64,000 nt of DNA, taken from Candidatus Poribacteria bacterium. Lineage in GTDB: Bacteria > Poribacteria > WGA-4E > PCPOR2b. Location of the stretch: the NCBI GenBank assembly GCA_965215015.1, contig OZ244042.1, positions 3,840,001 to 3,904,000 of the forward strand, read 5' to 3'. The first letter of the stretch is position 1. Each line of letters starts with the position of its first letter. The translations under genes and the position numbers were made by a program. Shown piece by piece: positions 50,100 to 60,368 of this stretch. A model generated the notes under the pieces. That model was not told the DNA's origin. It ran no database searches and was given only the letters and a program-made list of their open reading frames with translations.

Positions 50100-51272
50100 C
50101 TATTGCACTTGGCTGGCGGCGTAATGGAGGATATTCTCTATTAATTTCTTGTTTTTCCCAACAGTGTACCGATTATCGTTACGCAGGCTTGTGATGATGT
50201 ACAAGCCTTTGCCGTGCTTTCGTACACCAACAACGAGGTCACTTCCGTCATTGGAAGTCGCTAACACTTGAAAGTTACTATCCCAATCTGTCCAAGCATC
50301 ATCAATATACAGTTGCCCGGATTGTACTTCATTCGGTTCAGCAAACATTTTTTTCCCTTGTTCCGTCACGGCGAAATTCTGAGTCGGCTTTCGCTCAACA
50401 CCTTTCAAACTTCCTACCAACCAACCGATTTCAAACGGATCGTCCCGGGCCGCGTCTTGTCCGCTCACAATGACAATCCCGCCATTTTCGACGAACCTTC
50501 TGATTTTCTGTTCAGTTGCTTCGTTGAGTAAGTAGCCTCCATAAGCAATCTCCCGATGTCCAAACCACAAAATATCCACCTCGTCTAGGTCAGGCAGCGT
50601 GGAATCTTGGGTTGACTCATAAGCCATCGTTCTGTTTCCAGCCTTGCGGACAGATCGGAGGGCGTTGTATTCATAGCTGACGGTGTTGGTGGGCACAGCA
50701 ATGGGGCCGTCAGATGGCATGGGTTCAGTATTTCCCGTCAAAGTCAATACCTTCAAAGCATGTTCCGGGGCACCGACCCATCTCTCACCCGCGAGAATTG
50801 CTCGGATAACCTCTCGAAATTCTATAGTTGTCCCATTGAATGTCCGCTCCATATAGGGGCACAGATGGGTGAATATCCACCAACCGTCGGGGTTTCCTGT
50901 GCGGTTTCTATACCACGTTCCATCAAAGTATCCAAGCCCTTCGACGGTATGCGTCTGTTGATAAAAAACGATGAGGGGCATGCCAACCTCGAGGAGGCGG
51001 ATCATTTTCTGTGGTGAGCTTCCCCGGACATACCACCCAGTGGCAATATTGAGCTTAATTTGGTCAAGTTTTTTTTCTTTGAGGTCCTCTTCGACCTCAA
51101 TGATGGCGTTCATTCTCTTGGTATCGACACTTTTAATTTTTCCAAACACGATGTTGGTGCTGCCATCAATAATCTCTTGGATGGTAAACTCGCGATAAAT
51201 AAACCCTTGTGCATCTGAGGAAAACAGCGAGCTAATGAGAAGCACGCTTAAAATGGGTAGAAACCGGCGCAT
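50100..51272 (-). CDS. Secreted hypothetical protein with C-terminal class I glutamine amidotransferase-like fold
   Basis: Signal peptide MRRFLPIL..; FVENGG.VIV and GKGLYIIT segments. Confidence 0.7.
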   Translation of the reverse strand: MRRFLPILSVLLISSLFSSDAQGFIYREFTIQEIIDGSTNIVFGKIKSVDTKRMNAIIEVEEDLKEKKLDQIKLNIATGWYVRGSSPQKMIRLLEVGMPLIVFYQQTHTVEGLGYFDGTWYRNRTGNPDGWWIFTHLCPYMERTFNGTTIEFREVIRAILAGERWVGAPEHALKVLTLTGNTEPMPSDGPIAVPTNTVSYEYNALRSVRKAGNRTMAYESTQDSTLPDLDEVDILWFGHREIAYGGYLLNEATEQKIRRFVENGGIVIVSGQDAARDDPFEIGWLVGSLKGVERKPTQNFAVTEQGKKMFAEPNEVQSGQLYIDDAWTDWDSNFQVLATSNDGSDLVVGVRKHGKGLYIITSLRNDNRYTVGKNKKLIENILHYAASQVQ

Positions 51273-51320
51273 TTCGTGGACTCCTTTCACTCGTTGATTG
51301 TTCGGTACTGCTTCAGCGTT

Positions 51321-52211
51321 TCAGTGCTCCCTTTTCGGTATTTTTGAGGGCGGTGGAAGCCGCTTTTTAATTTGGTGAAAACGCTGAGAATCTTTCTTCA
51401 GATTCGGTTTTCGGGGCAGCTTGGCTATCTGCGAACGGACAGCAGCAATCCGTTCAACTGTCGGAGGGTGTGTCGAGAACATCTGTTCGAGTCTCGACGG
51501 TTCCCCTTTCTGGAGTTTGAGAAGTTTTTGAAAAAATGTCGCCATGCCCTCGGGGTCAATGCCAGCGTCGTACATCTCTTGGATAGCGTATATATCTGCC
51601 TCTCTTTCAGCGTCCCGGCTGTACTTCATAAGGACTCCATTCGCAGCTAAGCCAGCGACCATCTGTTCGAGTTTAGTTTGGTTCTCCCCTAAAGCTAATT
51701 GTGCCACGGCTGCAAGCCCGAGTTGTCGGGTCATCTGCTTGACGCTATGTTTGCCGACGACATGTCCGATTTCATGACCAATCACGCCTGCTAACTCGGA
51801 TTCATTTTCTGCCGCGCGGATTAGCCCAATATTCACATACAGATACCCTCCCGGTATTGCGAAAGCATTAATAACTTCGGTATGAACAACCTTAAAATGG
51901 TATGTGATGTTCTGTCGTTGAGAATGGTTTGCGAGGTGTTGTCCGAGTTGAGTGATGTAGGCAGTCACAACCGGATCTGAGTACATCTTCATCTCTTTTT
52001 CAATTTGGCGAGAGAATTGTTTCCCAAGTTGAACTTCCTCTGCATCAGAGAAAATGTTAATATCACTTATCTTCGCGGCACAGCCAAAAAATCCGGTGCC
52101 GGTCGTCACAACAAGTGTAATCCATAAGGTTAGTTGCGTGATTCGACAGATTTTTTGCATGTTAATCCGCCTCCGTCCTTGTAGTTGCTCTCCTGTCGGT
52201 TGATTTTCCAA
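51321..52211 (-). CDS. M48 family zinc metalloprotease (probable lipoprotein)
   Basis: NAFAIPGG, HEIGH, YSRDAEREAD, STHP; likely start MQKIC. Confidence 0.95.
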   Translation of the reverse strand: MENQPTGEQLQGRRRINMQKICRITQLTLWITLVVTTGTGFFGCAAKISDINIFSDAEEVQLGKQFSRQIEKEMKMYSDPVVTAYITQLGQHLANHSQRQNITYHFKVVHTEVINAFAIPGGYLYVNIGLIRAAENESELAGVIGHEIGHVVGKHSVKQMTRQLGLAAVAQLALGENQTKLEQMVAGLAANGVLMKYSRDAEREADIYAIQEMYDAGIDPEGMATFFQKLLKLQKGEPSRLEQMFSTHPPTVERIAAVRSQIAKLPRKPNLKKDSQRFHQIKKRLPPPSKIPKREH

Positions 52212-52492
52212 AATCGACAGTGGCGGTCGAGCTATGAATCTCGGTCTACTTCATTTGTGCAATTGGCGACAGCAAAATGTCAACACGCCCTAGTCCCACG
52301 CATGTTAGGGATATGGGGTTGGAGTGAAGGTGGAAACTGACTTCATTGAAGTGGATGTCAATCGGAGAGGCGTATCCGTGGTCTCTAGCATCCCGGGAGG
52401 GATTGCAGATCTTCGTCGAAACAGGTAACATATTCACTAACCGTTGGACTTCGGAGGGAAACGCTGATGGAGGAGTAGGCTAACATTCTGTT

Positions 52493-52678
52493 CTACACGA
52501 CGTCGTCATCTTCCACAGCAGGTTCAAACAGGACGCTGCAACTACTACAACGATAGCCGCTCTCCGCGTTGGATTCATCAATGAGAAACAGCATACCGCA
52601 ACAGATTGGGCACGGTTCCTCGATTTCCATTTCCGCCCGTTCAAGGATTCCAGTTCTATCTTCAAACTCAACAAGCAT
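52493..52678 (-). CDS. Small zinc-ribbon protein
   Basis: CPICC ... CSSC, acidic; AGAGGA RBS; directly follows rhodanese. Confidence 0.65.
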   Translation of the reverse strand: MLVEFEDRTGILERAEMEIEEPCPICCGMLFLIDESNAESGYRCSSCSVLFEPAVEDDDVV

Positions 52679-52696
52679 TTTGGTCCTCTCTAAAAA

Positions 52697-53068
52697 TCAG
52701 TAGCGATTCAGCGTGGGGTCTATTTCAATTGCCCACTGATCGATTCCGCCAGTTAAACTTTTCACGTTTTGAAAGCCGTTCTGATATAGGTAGTAAGCGG
52801 CTTGCATACTCCGCATCCCGTGATGGCAATGGAGGATGATCTCACGACTTGGATCGAGTTGCTCAATATGTTGGGGGAGGTTATCCATCGGGATGAGTTG
52901 GGCCTCCTCAAGACAGACGATTTGATGTTCCATCGGTTCTCGAACATCAATGAGTTGTATCGGTTCATCTTGATTAAGCTTTTGCTTGAGTTCGTGGACT
53001 GAAATTTCGTGTTTCTCCGGCTGAAAAGGTGGGGGTGCTTCGGAGGGAGGGGGGTCTGCTCTTCTCAA
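52697..53068 (-). CDS. Rhodanese-like sulfurtransferase
   Basis: IDVREP.E, CHHGMRS, L.GGID.W...IDP. Confidence 0.93.
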   Translation of the reverse strand: MRRADPPPSEAPPPFQPEKHEISVHELKQKLNQDEPIQLIDVREPMEHQIVCLEEAQLIPMDNLPQHIEQLDPSREIILHCHHGMRSMQAAYYLYQNGFQNVKSLTGGIDQWAIEIDPTLNRY

Positions 53069-53088
53069 TTTTTATACCTCAGTTTCGA

Positions 53089-53442
53089 TTAAACACACTC
53101 CGGACAGGGACAGATTTCCCTGAGTGTTTCAAAAGAGTAGATGCCGGTCGAATGCCCATCGCTCCAAGTAAACTGGAGGGCATAACGACCAACTAGTTCA
53201 AGGTTAACCGCTTGGGTATCAGCTGGAACTACAAGCTGGTCTGGATTGCCGAGTCCTTCTGGACCAAATAGGGAGTGAACATCCTGGCCGCTGTGCCTTA
53301 TCGTTGAACACTCCGCACAGGGACATAACCGCCTGAGATATGGATAGGTGTACTCACTTTCATGCCCATCTTTCCAGACGATTTGGAGCCCGCCGCCTCC
53401 CAACCGCTTAATCGTTTTTGGCTGTTGCTGTCTCATAGACAC
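53089..53442 (-). CDS. DUF971 / gamma-butyrobetaine hydroxylase-like N-terminal domain protein
   Basis: W.DGH, LR..CPCAEC, VGRYA, WSDGHSTGIY. Confidence 0.92.
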   Translation of the reverse strand: MSMRQQQPKTIKRLGGGGLQIVWKDGHESEYTYPYLRRLCPCAECSTIRHSGQDVHSLFGPEGLGNPDQLVVPADTQAVNLELVGRYALQFTWSDGHSTGIYSFETLREICPCPECV

Positions 53443-53445
53443 AGG

Positions 53446-53745
53446 TTAAAAGATTCCTAATTCGTCCTTAGCTTCTTCGGTCATCATTTCTGGCGTCCAA
53501 CGCGGCGTCCAAACGACGTTAATGTTCACTTCTTCAATGCCTTCCAGCTGTTGGGTGACATGCTGCGTTCCGTTGACAATTTGTCCACCCGCAGGACAGC
53601 CCGGGCTGGTCAGGGTCATTGTGACATTAACGGTATCGGCCTCAACGTCAACGCCGTAAATTAACCCCATATCAACAATGTTGATGCCAACCTCCGGATC
53701 AATAATTTCTTTGATTGCCTCAAATACAGCATCTTCTGTTACCAT
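53446..53745 (-). CDS. DUF59 / SufT-like Fe-S assembly factor
   Basis: DPE.GINIVDMGLIY, MTLTSPGCP, W.P.W. Confidence 0.93.
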   Translation of the reverse strand: MVTEDAVFEAIKEIIDPEVGINIVDMGLIYGVDVEADTVNVTMTLTSPGCPAGGQIVNGTQHVTQQLEGIEEVNINVVWTPRWTPEMMTEEAKDELGIF

Positions 53746-53757
53746 CAGAGCCCTCCA

Positions 53758-54072
53758 TTAATAATCCACGCGGACGAAAATCGCATCGCCCTCAACTTTG
53801 ACTTCGTAACATTCAACCGGCTCGGTCGCCGGCATACAAAGGACTGCCCCAGTGCGGACATTGAAGCGTGCCCCGTGTCGCGGGCATTCGATTTCGTCGC
53901 CGTCGAGCTCGCCTTCAGCGAGGGGCCCTCCATCATGGGTGCAGACATCTTCGATAGCGAAAAATTCGCCATCCACGTTAAAGAGCGCAACGGGTATATC
54001 GTCCACTTCAACCAGTTTTTTTCTTCCCGGCGGTAGTTCGCTGACCTTTGCAACCTCGAAAAACTCGCTCAT
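53758..54072 (-). CDS. Rieske-type ferredoxin
   Basis: CTH ... CPRH; start MSEFF overlaps sufU stop (ATGA). Confidence 0.93.
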   Translation of the reverse strand: MSEFFEVAKVSELPPGRKKLVEVDDIPVALFNVDGEFFAIEDVCTHDGGPLAEGELDGDEIECPRHGARFNVRTGAVLCMPATEPVECYEVKVEGDAIFVRVDY

Positions 54073-54467
54073 TTGGTCTCCTCGTCTTCCTCTCCGGGCC
54101 AACCTTTGAGTCCATAAACCCCCGCTTTTAGCACTTTTAGGGCTAACAGTCCACACTTCAGACGTACGGGCCCTAAGGGGATACCGAGCATGTCCAAAAT
54201 GTCATCTTTGCTTAACTGTTTGACCTCATCTAAATGTTTGCCTTTAATCTCTTCCGTCAACATTGAAGCGGCTGCTTGGCTGATGGTGCAACCGTAACCG
54301 CAGAACCGAAGGTCGGTTATGATACCGTCCTCAACCTTAAGATCGATGCGAATCTGATCGCCACACAGGGGGTTATCCTCCACATGAGAAATGTCAGGGT
54401 GTTCAAGCGTCCCATAATTGCTTGGGTTTTCATAATGATCGAGAATGTCTTCTTCGTAAATGTTCAT
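54069..54467 (-). CDS. sufU: SufU/NifU-like Fe-S assembly protein
   Basis: ILDHYENP, NPLCGD, GCTISQA, RLKC; no LPPVK. Confidence 0.9.
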   Translation of the reverse strand: MNIYEEDILDHYENPSNYGTLEHPDISHVEDNPLCGDQIRIDLKVEDGIITDLRFCGYGCTISQAAASMLTEEIKGKHLDEVKQLSKDDILDMLGIPLGPVRLKCGLLALKVLKAGVYGLKGWPGEEDEETK

Positions 54468-55726
54468 CTTCGTCTCCGCGTCAGCATACGTTGGGCTTTC
54501 ATCAATCCTTCATGCAGGATATCAATCTCTTCAAGTTTGTTATAAAGGTAGAAACTTGCGCGGGCTGTAGCGATAACCCCAAATTTCTGCATGAGCGGCT
54601 GTGCACAGTGATGTCCGGCTCGGACTGCAACTCCAACTGTATCCAAGACGCCTGCTAAGTCGTGAGGGTGAATACCCTTCAAGTTAAATGTGATTGCTCC
54701 CGTTTTTTGCCTCGGTTTGGGTCCATAGATGGTGATACCCTCAATTTCACCGAGTTTCTGATGTGCATATTCGAGCAATTCGTGTTCATGCCCGAAGATT
54801 GCTTTTAGTCCAACTTTGTTGAGATAGTCCGCAGCAGCTGCAAGCCCAATGGCTTCCGCAATGGCTGGCGTCCCCGCTTCAAATTTGGCTGGCACATCCG
54901 CGTAAGTCGAACTTTCGCGTTGGACAGAGCGAATCATCGAACCACCCCCCAAAAATGGGGGCATTTCTTCTAAGAGGTCTGACTTACCGTACAAGACCCC
55001 TATGCCGGTGGGTCCGCACATTTTATGCCCTGAAAAGGCGAGAAAATCGCAATCTAGCTCCTGCACATCCACGTCGAAATGCGGGACACTCTGTGCGCCA
55101 TCAATCAGCACCTTTGCACCGACGGCGTGGGCGGCGGCTGTAAGTTCCTGAACGGGATTAATAGTACCGAGGACGTTGGAAACATGCGTCATTGCAATTA
55201 GCTTGGTGCGCTCTGTCAACAACCTCTCCAAACCATCAAGCTGCAACACCCCTTCGTCAGTGACTTCAATAAACCGCAGCTTCGCTCCGGTGCGCTGGGA
55301 CAGTAACTGCCACGGCAGGAGGTTGCTGTGGTGTTCCATTACGGTGACAAGGATTTCATCGCTCTCTCGGAGATTGGCACTCCCCCAACTATACGCGACC
55401 AAATTGATCGATTCAGTGGTATTTCGTGTAAAGATAATCTGGCTGGAACGTCGGGTGTTGATGAGCTGTCCAATCCGCTGTCGTGCCTCCTCATACTTGG
55501 CGGTTGCTTCCTCAGAGATACGGTAAATGCCTCGATGGATATTTGAGTTGTAGGTCCGGTAATAGGCATCCATCGCCTCAATCACGCAATCGGGTGTTTG
55601 GGAGGTCGCGGCACTATCCAGATAGATTAACGGCCGATCATTTTCCTGTTTTAGAATGGAAAAATCGTTTCGGATAGTTTCGACATCAAACGCATTGAGT
55701 GCATTGTTCATAGGTTGAGCGTACAT
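54464..55726 (-). CDS. sufS: SufS cysteine desulfurase
   Basis: YLDSAATSQ, MEHHSN, SGHKM, FEAGTP, RAGHHCAQP. Confidence 0.97.
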   Translation of the reverse strand: MYAQPMNNALNAFDVETIRNDFSILKQENDRPLIYLDSAATSQTPDCVIEAMDAYYRTYNSNIHRGIYRISEEATAKYEEARQRIGQLINTRRSSQIIFTRNTTESINLVAYSWGSANLRESDEILVTVMEHHSNLLPWQLLSQRTGAKLRFIEVTDEGVLQLDGLERLLTERTKLIAMTHVSNVLGTINPVQELTAAAHAVGAKVLIDGAQSVPHFDVDVQELDCDFLAFSGHKMCGPTGIGVLYGKSDLLEEMPPFLGGGSMIRSVQRESSTYADVPAKFEAGTPAIAEAIGLAAAADYLNKVGLKAIFGHEHELLEYAHQKLGEIEGITIYGPKPRQKTGAITFNLKGIHPHDLAGVLDTVGVAVRAGHHCAQPLMQKFGVIATARASFYLYNKLEEIDILHEGLMKAQRMLTRRRR

Positions 55727-56002
55727 GGGGATTCCAATTCAAATCAGGATTAAGGATTCGATGTTCGCCTATGTTAAGAAGTACAACAGGAACCGGGCCT
55801 TTGTCAGGGCAACGACAAGTTGGTTTGAGTTCCGAGGATACCACCAACGTGGCACCATAGAATACTCGAAAACTCACTGAACCGTTCTCGGCAAATACCC
55901 GGCATGTTGCACGACACACCGGGTATTGGGGAGGCCCCTACAGTTTATCTTCAGCTTTGCGCCTTCTTTTGACATAAGCCTCACGTTTTACGCATGATCG
56001 GC

Positions 56003-56380
56003 TTATTTTGAGAACAGGTTGCTTGCCCAGTTGGTCAATTTCCCACCTGAGAACGAGACATCAACTGTAGTTTCGCCGTGATCGGCACATGCCTCGTCTG
56101 TCGGCACATCAGTCTCTGCATCACTCGATTGGACATAGCCTTTTGTAATAAGGTATGCTTCCACTTCATCGCCGCTGACATCAGCGATAATCTCGCCATT
56201 GATTTCGATCGTTGGCTGGAGTGGCTGACCACTCTTCTCGACCATTTCACGATAGTTATCTGCGTTGTTAATAATGTCTCGATCTTCGTATTCCAAGCCA
56301 TACTTTTGGAAGATTGCGCGGACACCATTGCTCCAACCGCAAACAGGTTTCATATAAGCGGTAATTTTTGGCTGACTCAT
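56003..56380 (-). CDS. Glutaredoxin-like protein (CGWS)
   Basis: KPVCGWS, SGQ..QP.IEING; C-terminal acidic extension with EAC.DH. Confidence 0.85.
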   Translation of the reverse strand: MSQPKITAYMKPVCGWSNGVRAIFQKYGLEYEDRDIINNADNYREMVEKSGQPLQPTIEINGEIIADVSGDEVEAYLITKGYVQSSDAETDVPTDEACADHGETTVDVSFSGGKLTNWASNLFSK

Positions 56381-56482
56381 TATTGGGTTCCTTTCAGTTT
56401 TGAAAAGTGTGAAGTATCTCCGAAAGGTTCGGAGGATCAGATATAGCGGCCTGGATTGGTTCTATTTGCCGCTATTATATAG

Positions 56483-57892
56483 TTACATCGCCAATTTGTA
56501 ATCAATTGACTGCTGAAGTTGTGTCCGGACTGATTCTAACGAAATCCTTTGCATCACAGGTTCAAAAAAGCCGTCAACAATCAACCGTTCCGCTGCGTCG
56601 TGAGATAATCCACGACTCATAAGATAAAACACTTGATCTTTATCTATGGGGCCTGCGGTCGCCCCGTGTGTACAACGAATGCCTTCACTCGCTAAGATTT
56701 CGAGTCCGGGCAGGGGATCTGCGCGGGCCCGGTCACTTAACATCAGATTATCGTTCTTCTGATAGGCATCGGTATGTTGGCCACCGGGGTGGACATGAAT
56801 CATACCCGCCCACACACTTCGCGATCGGTCCTTGAGGACAGTTCGATAGAGCAGATCACTTGTTGTATGAGGGGCTTGATGGTCTTGATATGTATGAATA
56901 TCAAGGTGCTGACGGGCGTGTGTAAAGGTCAATCCGAGCATCTCGACATGACTTCCCGTCTTTTCCAAGACCGAGACCTGATTGAGTTTGCTCACGCGAC
57001 TCCCTAATGCACTCGAAACCCAGCGCAATTGTGCGTCTCTCCCAATAATCGCCCGTTGTGTCGAAAAATTCCAGACCCGGAGATTCCACCTTTGCATCCA
57101 GATGTAGTTGACATGGGCGTTGTCTGCGACAAAGATTTCGACAGCACCGCAGTGTAACCCGGGGGTATCCGTATCTGTCGAGAGGTGTTCCTCCAAAACG
57201 GTGACTTGACTGCCCGCATCAGCAATAATGAGTGTGTGCGATAAATCTGTCCGTCCCGCTTCAGACAGTGCGACAAACACCCGTAACGGGACTTCAAGGA
57301 CAACGCCTTTGGGAATATGTAATAGATAGCCGCCCTGCCAAAATGCGCCGTGGAGGGCATCGAATTTATTCCAATCCACCTCAACGGCTTGGGTCATAAA
57401 ATGGGACCTGATCACCTCTGGACGCTCTTTCAACGCGGTATTCATATCCGCGAAATAGACCCCTTTACGTTCCCAGTCTTCTGCCAACGCAACATTGCGT
57501 GCGATACCGTCTTGCTGCACTATTTGCCCTGGTTCTCCATTCAATGACGCCAATCGATCCACTAGCGTATCGGGCAACGGGGCATGTTCAGCAGATTCGG
57601 AAGGCGAAAGCGAAATCGGGTGATACTGATGCAGCTTGAAGGGACGGAGGTCTGTGCGACGCCAATAGTCCTGTACGTGCATATCCGTCGTCCGCTTCCA
57701 CGTATCCTCATTGGGCATCTTGGGGATTGGCAACCGATCGTACACGTCATACGCTGCCAACCGCCGCTCACGCATCCAATGGGGTTCGTCCTGCGTTTTG
57801 GATATGTGCTCTACAAATTCTCGTGAAAAATCCCCCGTGTGAACTTCATAAGGAGGATTTTGATTTAATTCTAAAGGCAATTCGTTCTCCAT
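56483..57892 (-). CDS. sufD: Fe-S assembly protein SufD
   Basis: WRRTDL, PGLEI...[14 protein letters not shown]...A..LIV.GF. Confidence 0.93.
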   Translation of the reverse strand: MENELPLELNQNPPYEVHTGDFSREFVEHISKTQDEPHWMRERRLAAYDVYDRLPIPKMPNEDTWKRTTDMHVQDYWRRTDLRPFKLHQYHPISLSPSESAEHAPLPDTLVDRLASLNGEPGQIVQQDGIARNVALAEDWERKGVYFADMNTALKERPEVIRSHFMTQAVEVDWNKFDALHGAFWQGGYLLHIPKGVVLEVPLRVFVALSEAGRTDLSHTLIIADAGSQVTVLEEHLSTDTDTPGLHCGAVEIFVADNAHVNYIWMQRWNLRVWNFSTQRAIIGRDAQLRWVSSALGSRVSKLNQVSVLEKTGSHVEMLGLTFTHARQHLDIHTYQDHQAPHTTSDLLYRTVLKDRSRSVWAGMIHVHPGGQHTDAYQKNDNLMLSDRARADPLPGLEILASEGIRCTHGATAGPIDKDQVFYLMSRGLSHDAAERLIVDGFFEPVMQRISLESVRTQLQQSIDYKLAM

Positions 57893-57932
57893 CTCTCTCT
57901 AAAAAATTGAGTGAACCCGCTGTGGTCACTCT

Positions 57933-59354
57933 CTACCCCACCGAGCCTTCCATCTGAAGCTGGATCAGCCGGTTCATTTCGACCGCGTACTCCATCGGGA
58001 GTTCCTTCACGAGCGGTTCAATGAATCCGTTGACAATCATGGTGGAAGCCTCCTCTTCGGACAGTCCACGGCTCATTAGATAGAAGAGTTGTTCCTCGCC
58101 AATCTTGCTGACACGCGCCTCGTGACCGACGTTTACATCGTCTGCATCAATTTGGATAACCGGATAGGTATCGGAGCGCGATTCTTCATCAAGGATTAGG
58201 GCGTCACATTCGACGTTGGATTTACACCCTTTTGCACCATTAAGCACTTTGAGTTCACCACGATAGCTGGAACGCCCACCATCCTTGCTAATTGACTTGG
58301 AGGTGATACGCGAACTGGTATTCGGCGCACAGTGAATGACCTTACCGCCGGCGTCCTGATGTTGTCCCTTGGTTGCAAATGCGATTGAGAGAATTTCTCC
58401 GTGGGCACCCGGCTCCATCATGTAAATGCTTGGGTACTTCATCGTGAGTTTTGAGCCCAGGTTGCCGTCAATCCATTCCATGTGGGCCCCTTCGTAAGCC
58501 GTTGCTCGCTTGGTTACGAGATTATATACGTTATTCGCCCAGTTTTGGATGGTGGTGTAGCGCACACGCGATCCCTTCTTGCAGATAATCTCAACGACAG
58601 CACTATGCAACGATTCACTGGAAAAGGTTGGAGCCGTGCAACCTTCCACATAATGCACCTCTGCACCTTCGTCAGCAATAATCAACGTCCGCTCAAACTG
58701 ACCCATATTTTCGCTGTTGATACGGAAGTAAGCCTGCAGCGGGTAATCAACTTTCACACCGGGCGGGACGTAGATGAAAGACCCTCCGGACCAGACCGCT
58801 GAATTGAGCGCGGCAAGTTTGTTATCCGCGGACGGAATCACTGTACCGAAATACTCTTTGAGCAGATCCGGATATTCACGGATAGCTGTATCGGTATCGA
58901 CGAAGATGACGCCAATCTTCTCCAACTCCTCTTCGATGTTATGATAGACAACCTCCGAATCGTATTGGGCACCCACACCGGCAAGGAATTTTCGCTCCGC
59001 TTCCGGGATGCCGAGTCGATCAAAGGTTTTCTTGATGTCGTCGGGGACATCGTCCCAACTACGCTCGACCCGATCAGAGGCTTTGACATAGTAATAGATG
59101 TCATCGTAGTCGAGTTCAGAGAGGTCGCCTCCCCATTTCAGGTCGGGCTTCTGCTTAAAGATTTCATAGGCTTTCAGCCGGTATTGGCGCATCCAATCGG
59201 GCTCACCTTTGACGTCGCACATCTCGTTGATGACCTCGGTATCCAACCCTTTTCGCGATTTGAAAACAGGCTTGACATCATCATAAAATCCGTATTTGTA
59301 TTCGCTGCTGACACCGATGTCTACCGTCTCATTCGGCTTCTCTTGTTCTGCCAT
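57933..59354 (-). CDS. sufB: Fe-S assembly protein SufB
   Basis: [44 protein letters not shown]. Confidence 0.98.
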   Translation of the reverse strand: MAEQEKPNETVDIGVSSEYKYGFYDDVKPVFKSRKGLDTEVINEMCDVKGEPDWMRQYRLKAYEIFKQKPDLKWGGDLSELDYDDIYYYVKASDRVERSWDDVPDDIKKTFDRLGIPEAERKFLAGVGAQYDSEVVYHNIEEELEKIGVIFVDTDTAIREYPDLLKEYFGTVIPSADNKLAALNSAVWSGGSFIYVPPGVKVDYPLQAYFRINSENMGQFERTLIIADEGAEVHYVEGCTAPTFSSESLHSAVVEIICKKGSRVRYTTIQNWANNVYNLVTKRATAYEGAHMEWIDGNLGSKLTMKYPSIYMMEPGAHGEILSIAFATKGQHQDAGGKVIHCAPNTSSRITSKSISKDGGRSSYRGELKVLNGAKGCKSNVECDALILDEESRSDTYPVIQIDADDVNVGHEARVSKIGEEQLFYLMSRGLSEEEASTMIVNGFIEPLVKELPMEYAVEMNRLIQLQMEGSVG

Positions 59355-59399
59355 TTTTCGTATTTCCTTTCCATTTTTCGGTGAATCTGTTCTGTTTTT

Positions 59400-60230
59400 T
59401 TAAGCTCTTAAAGAGGGCAATGTATCCTCGGCTTCAGTTTCAACAACAGTCTCCATCAGGCCATGTGCCTCACGAATTGGGTCGTACCCCTTCTCCTCCA
59501 GCAGTTCAGCGAGCTCCCAGCCTCCGGATTCGACCACTTTTCCGTCAAGCAGAATGTGTACGAACTGTGGGCGGATGTAGTTGAGCAGGCGCGGGTAGTG
59601 GGTAATAATAAGCACACCGAGGCTTGGACCGATCAATCGATTGACGCTTTCGCCAACGATACGCACCGCGTCAATATCTAGCCCCGAATCGGTTTCGTCA
59701 AGGATGGCAATCTTGGGTTCAAGCATTGCCAGCTGCAAAATCTCGGCTCTTTTCTTCTCGCCCCCGGAGAACCCGTCGTTGAGATAGCGTCGCGCAAAGG
59801 ATTCATCAACGCCCATCTGTTTCATCTTTGCCCGCAACTCGCGGCGAAACTCTCGCATCGGGATGAGTTCGGTTGTGTCGGATCCATTTGAATCTTCAGA
59901 ACGCACGGCACTCACCGCGATGCGGAGGAAGTTCGCCATGCTAACACCGGGGATTGTGGTTGGATATTGAAACGCAAGAAAAAGCCCTAACTTTGCGCGT
60001 TCGTTCGGCTCTAGCTCAAGGATATCTTCCCCCCCTATGGTGATTTCCCCAGAATCAATCGTATAGAACGGATTCCCCATCAGCGCGTTGGCAAGGGTGC
60101 TTTTGCCGGATCCATTCGGTCCCATAAGTGCGTGGATTTCACCCTGTCTGACGCTCAAGTTTAAGCCTTTGATGATAGGTTGTTTTTCCACGCTGACGTG
60201 TAAATCTTTGATAACCAATTCAGTACTCAT
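59400..60230 (-). CDS. sufC: Fe-S assembly ATPase SufC
   Basis: GPNGSGKST, FLAFQYP, FSGGEKKR, LDETDSGLDID. Confidence 0.98.
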   Translation of the reverse strand: MSTELVIKDLHVSVEKQPIIKGLNLSVRQGEIHALMGPNGSGKSTLANALMGNPFYTIDSGEITIGGEDILELEPNERAKLGLFLAFQYPTTIPGVSMANFLRIAVSAVRSEDSNGSDTTELIPMREFRRELRAKMKQMGVDESFARRYLNDGFSGGEKKRAEILQLAMLEPKIAILDETDSGLDIDAVRIVGESVNRLIGPSLGVLIITHYPRLLNYIRPQFVHILLDGKVVESGGWELAELLEEKGYDPIREAHGLMETVVETEAEDTLPSLRA

Positions 60231-60368
60231 TACTACTTTCTCGACTCCTTCTGTATATTGCTGTATATTAACCCACGTTGCTAGGTTGGCTGTAGGTCAA
60301 TTTTCCCAAATCAACTGCCGAGATATGAATTTTGACCTACGGACTATAATATCATATACACAATGTCC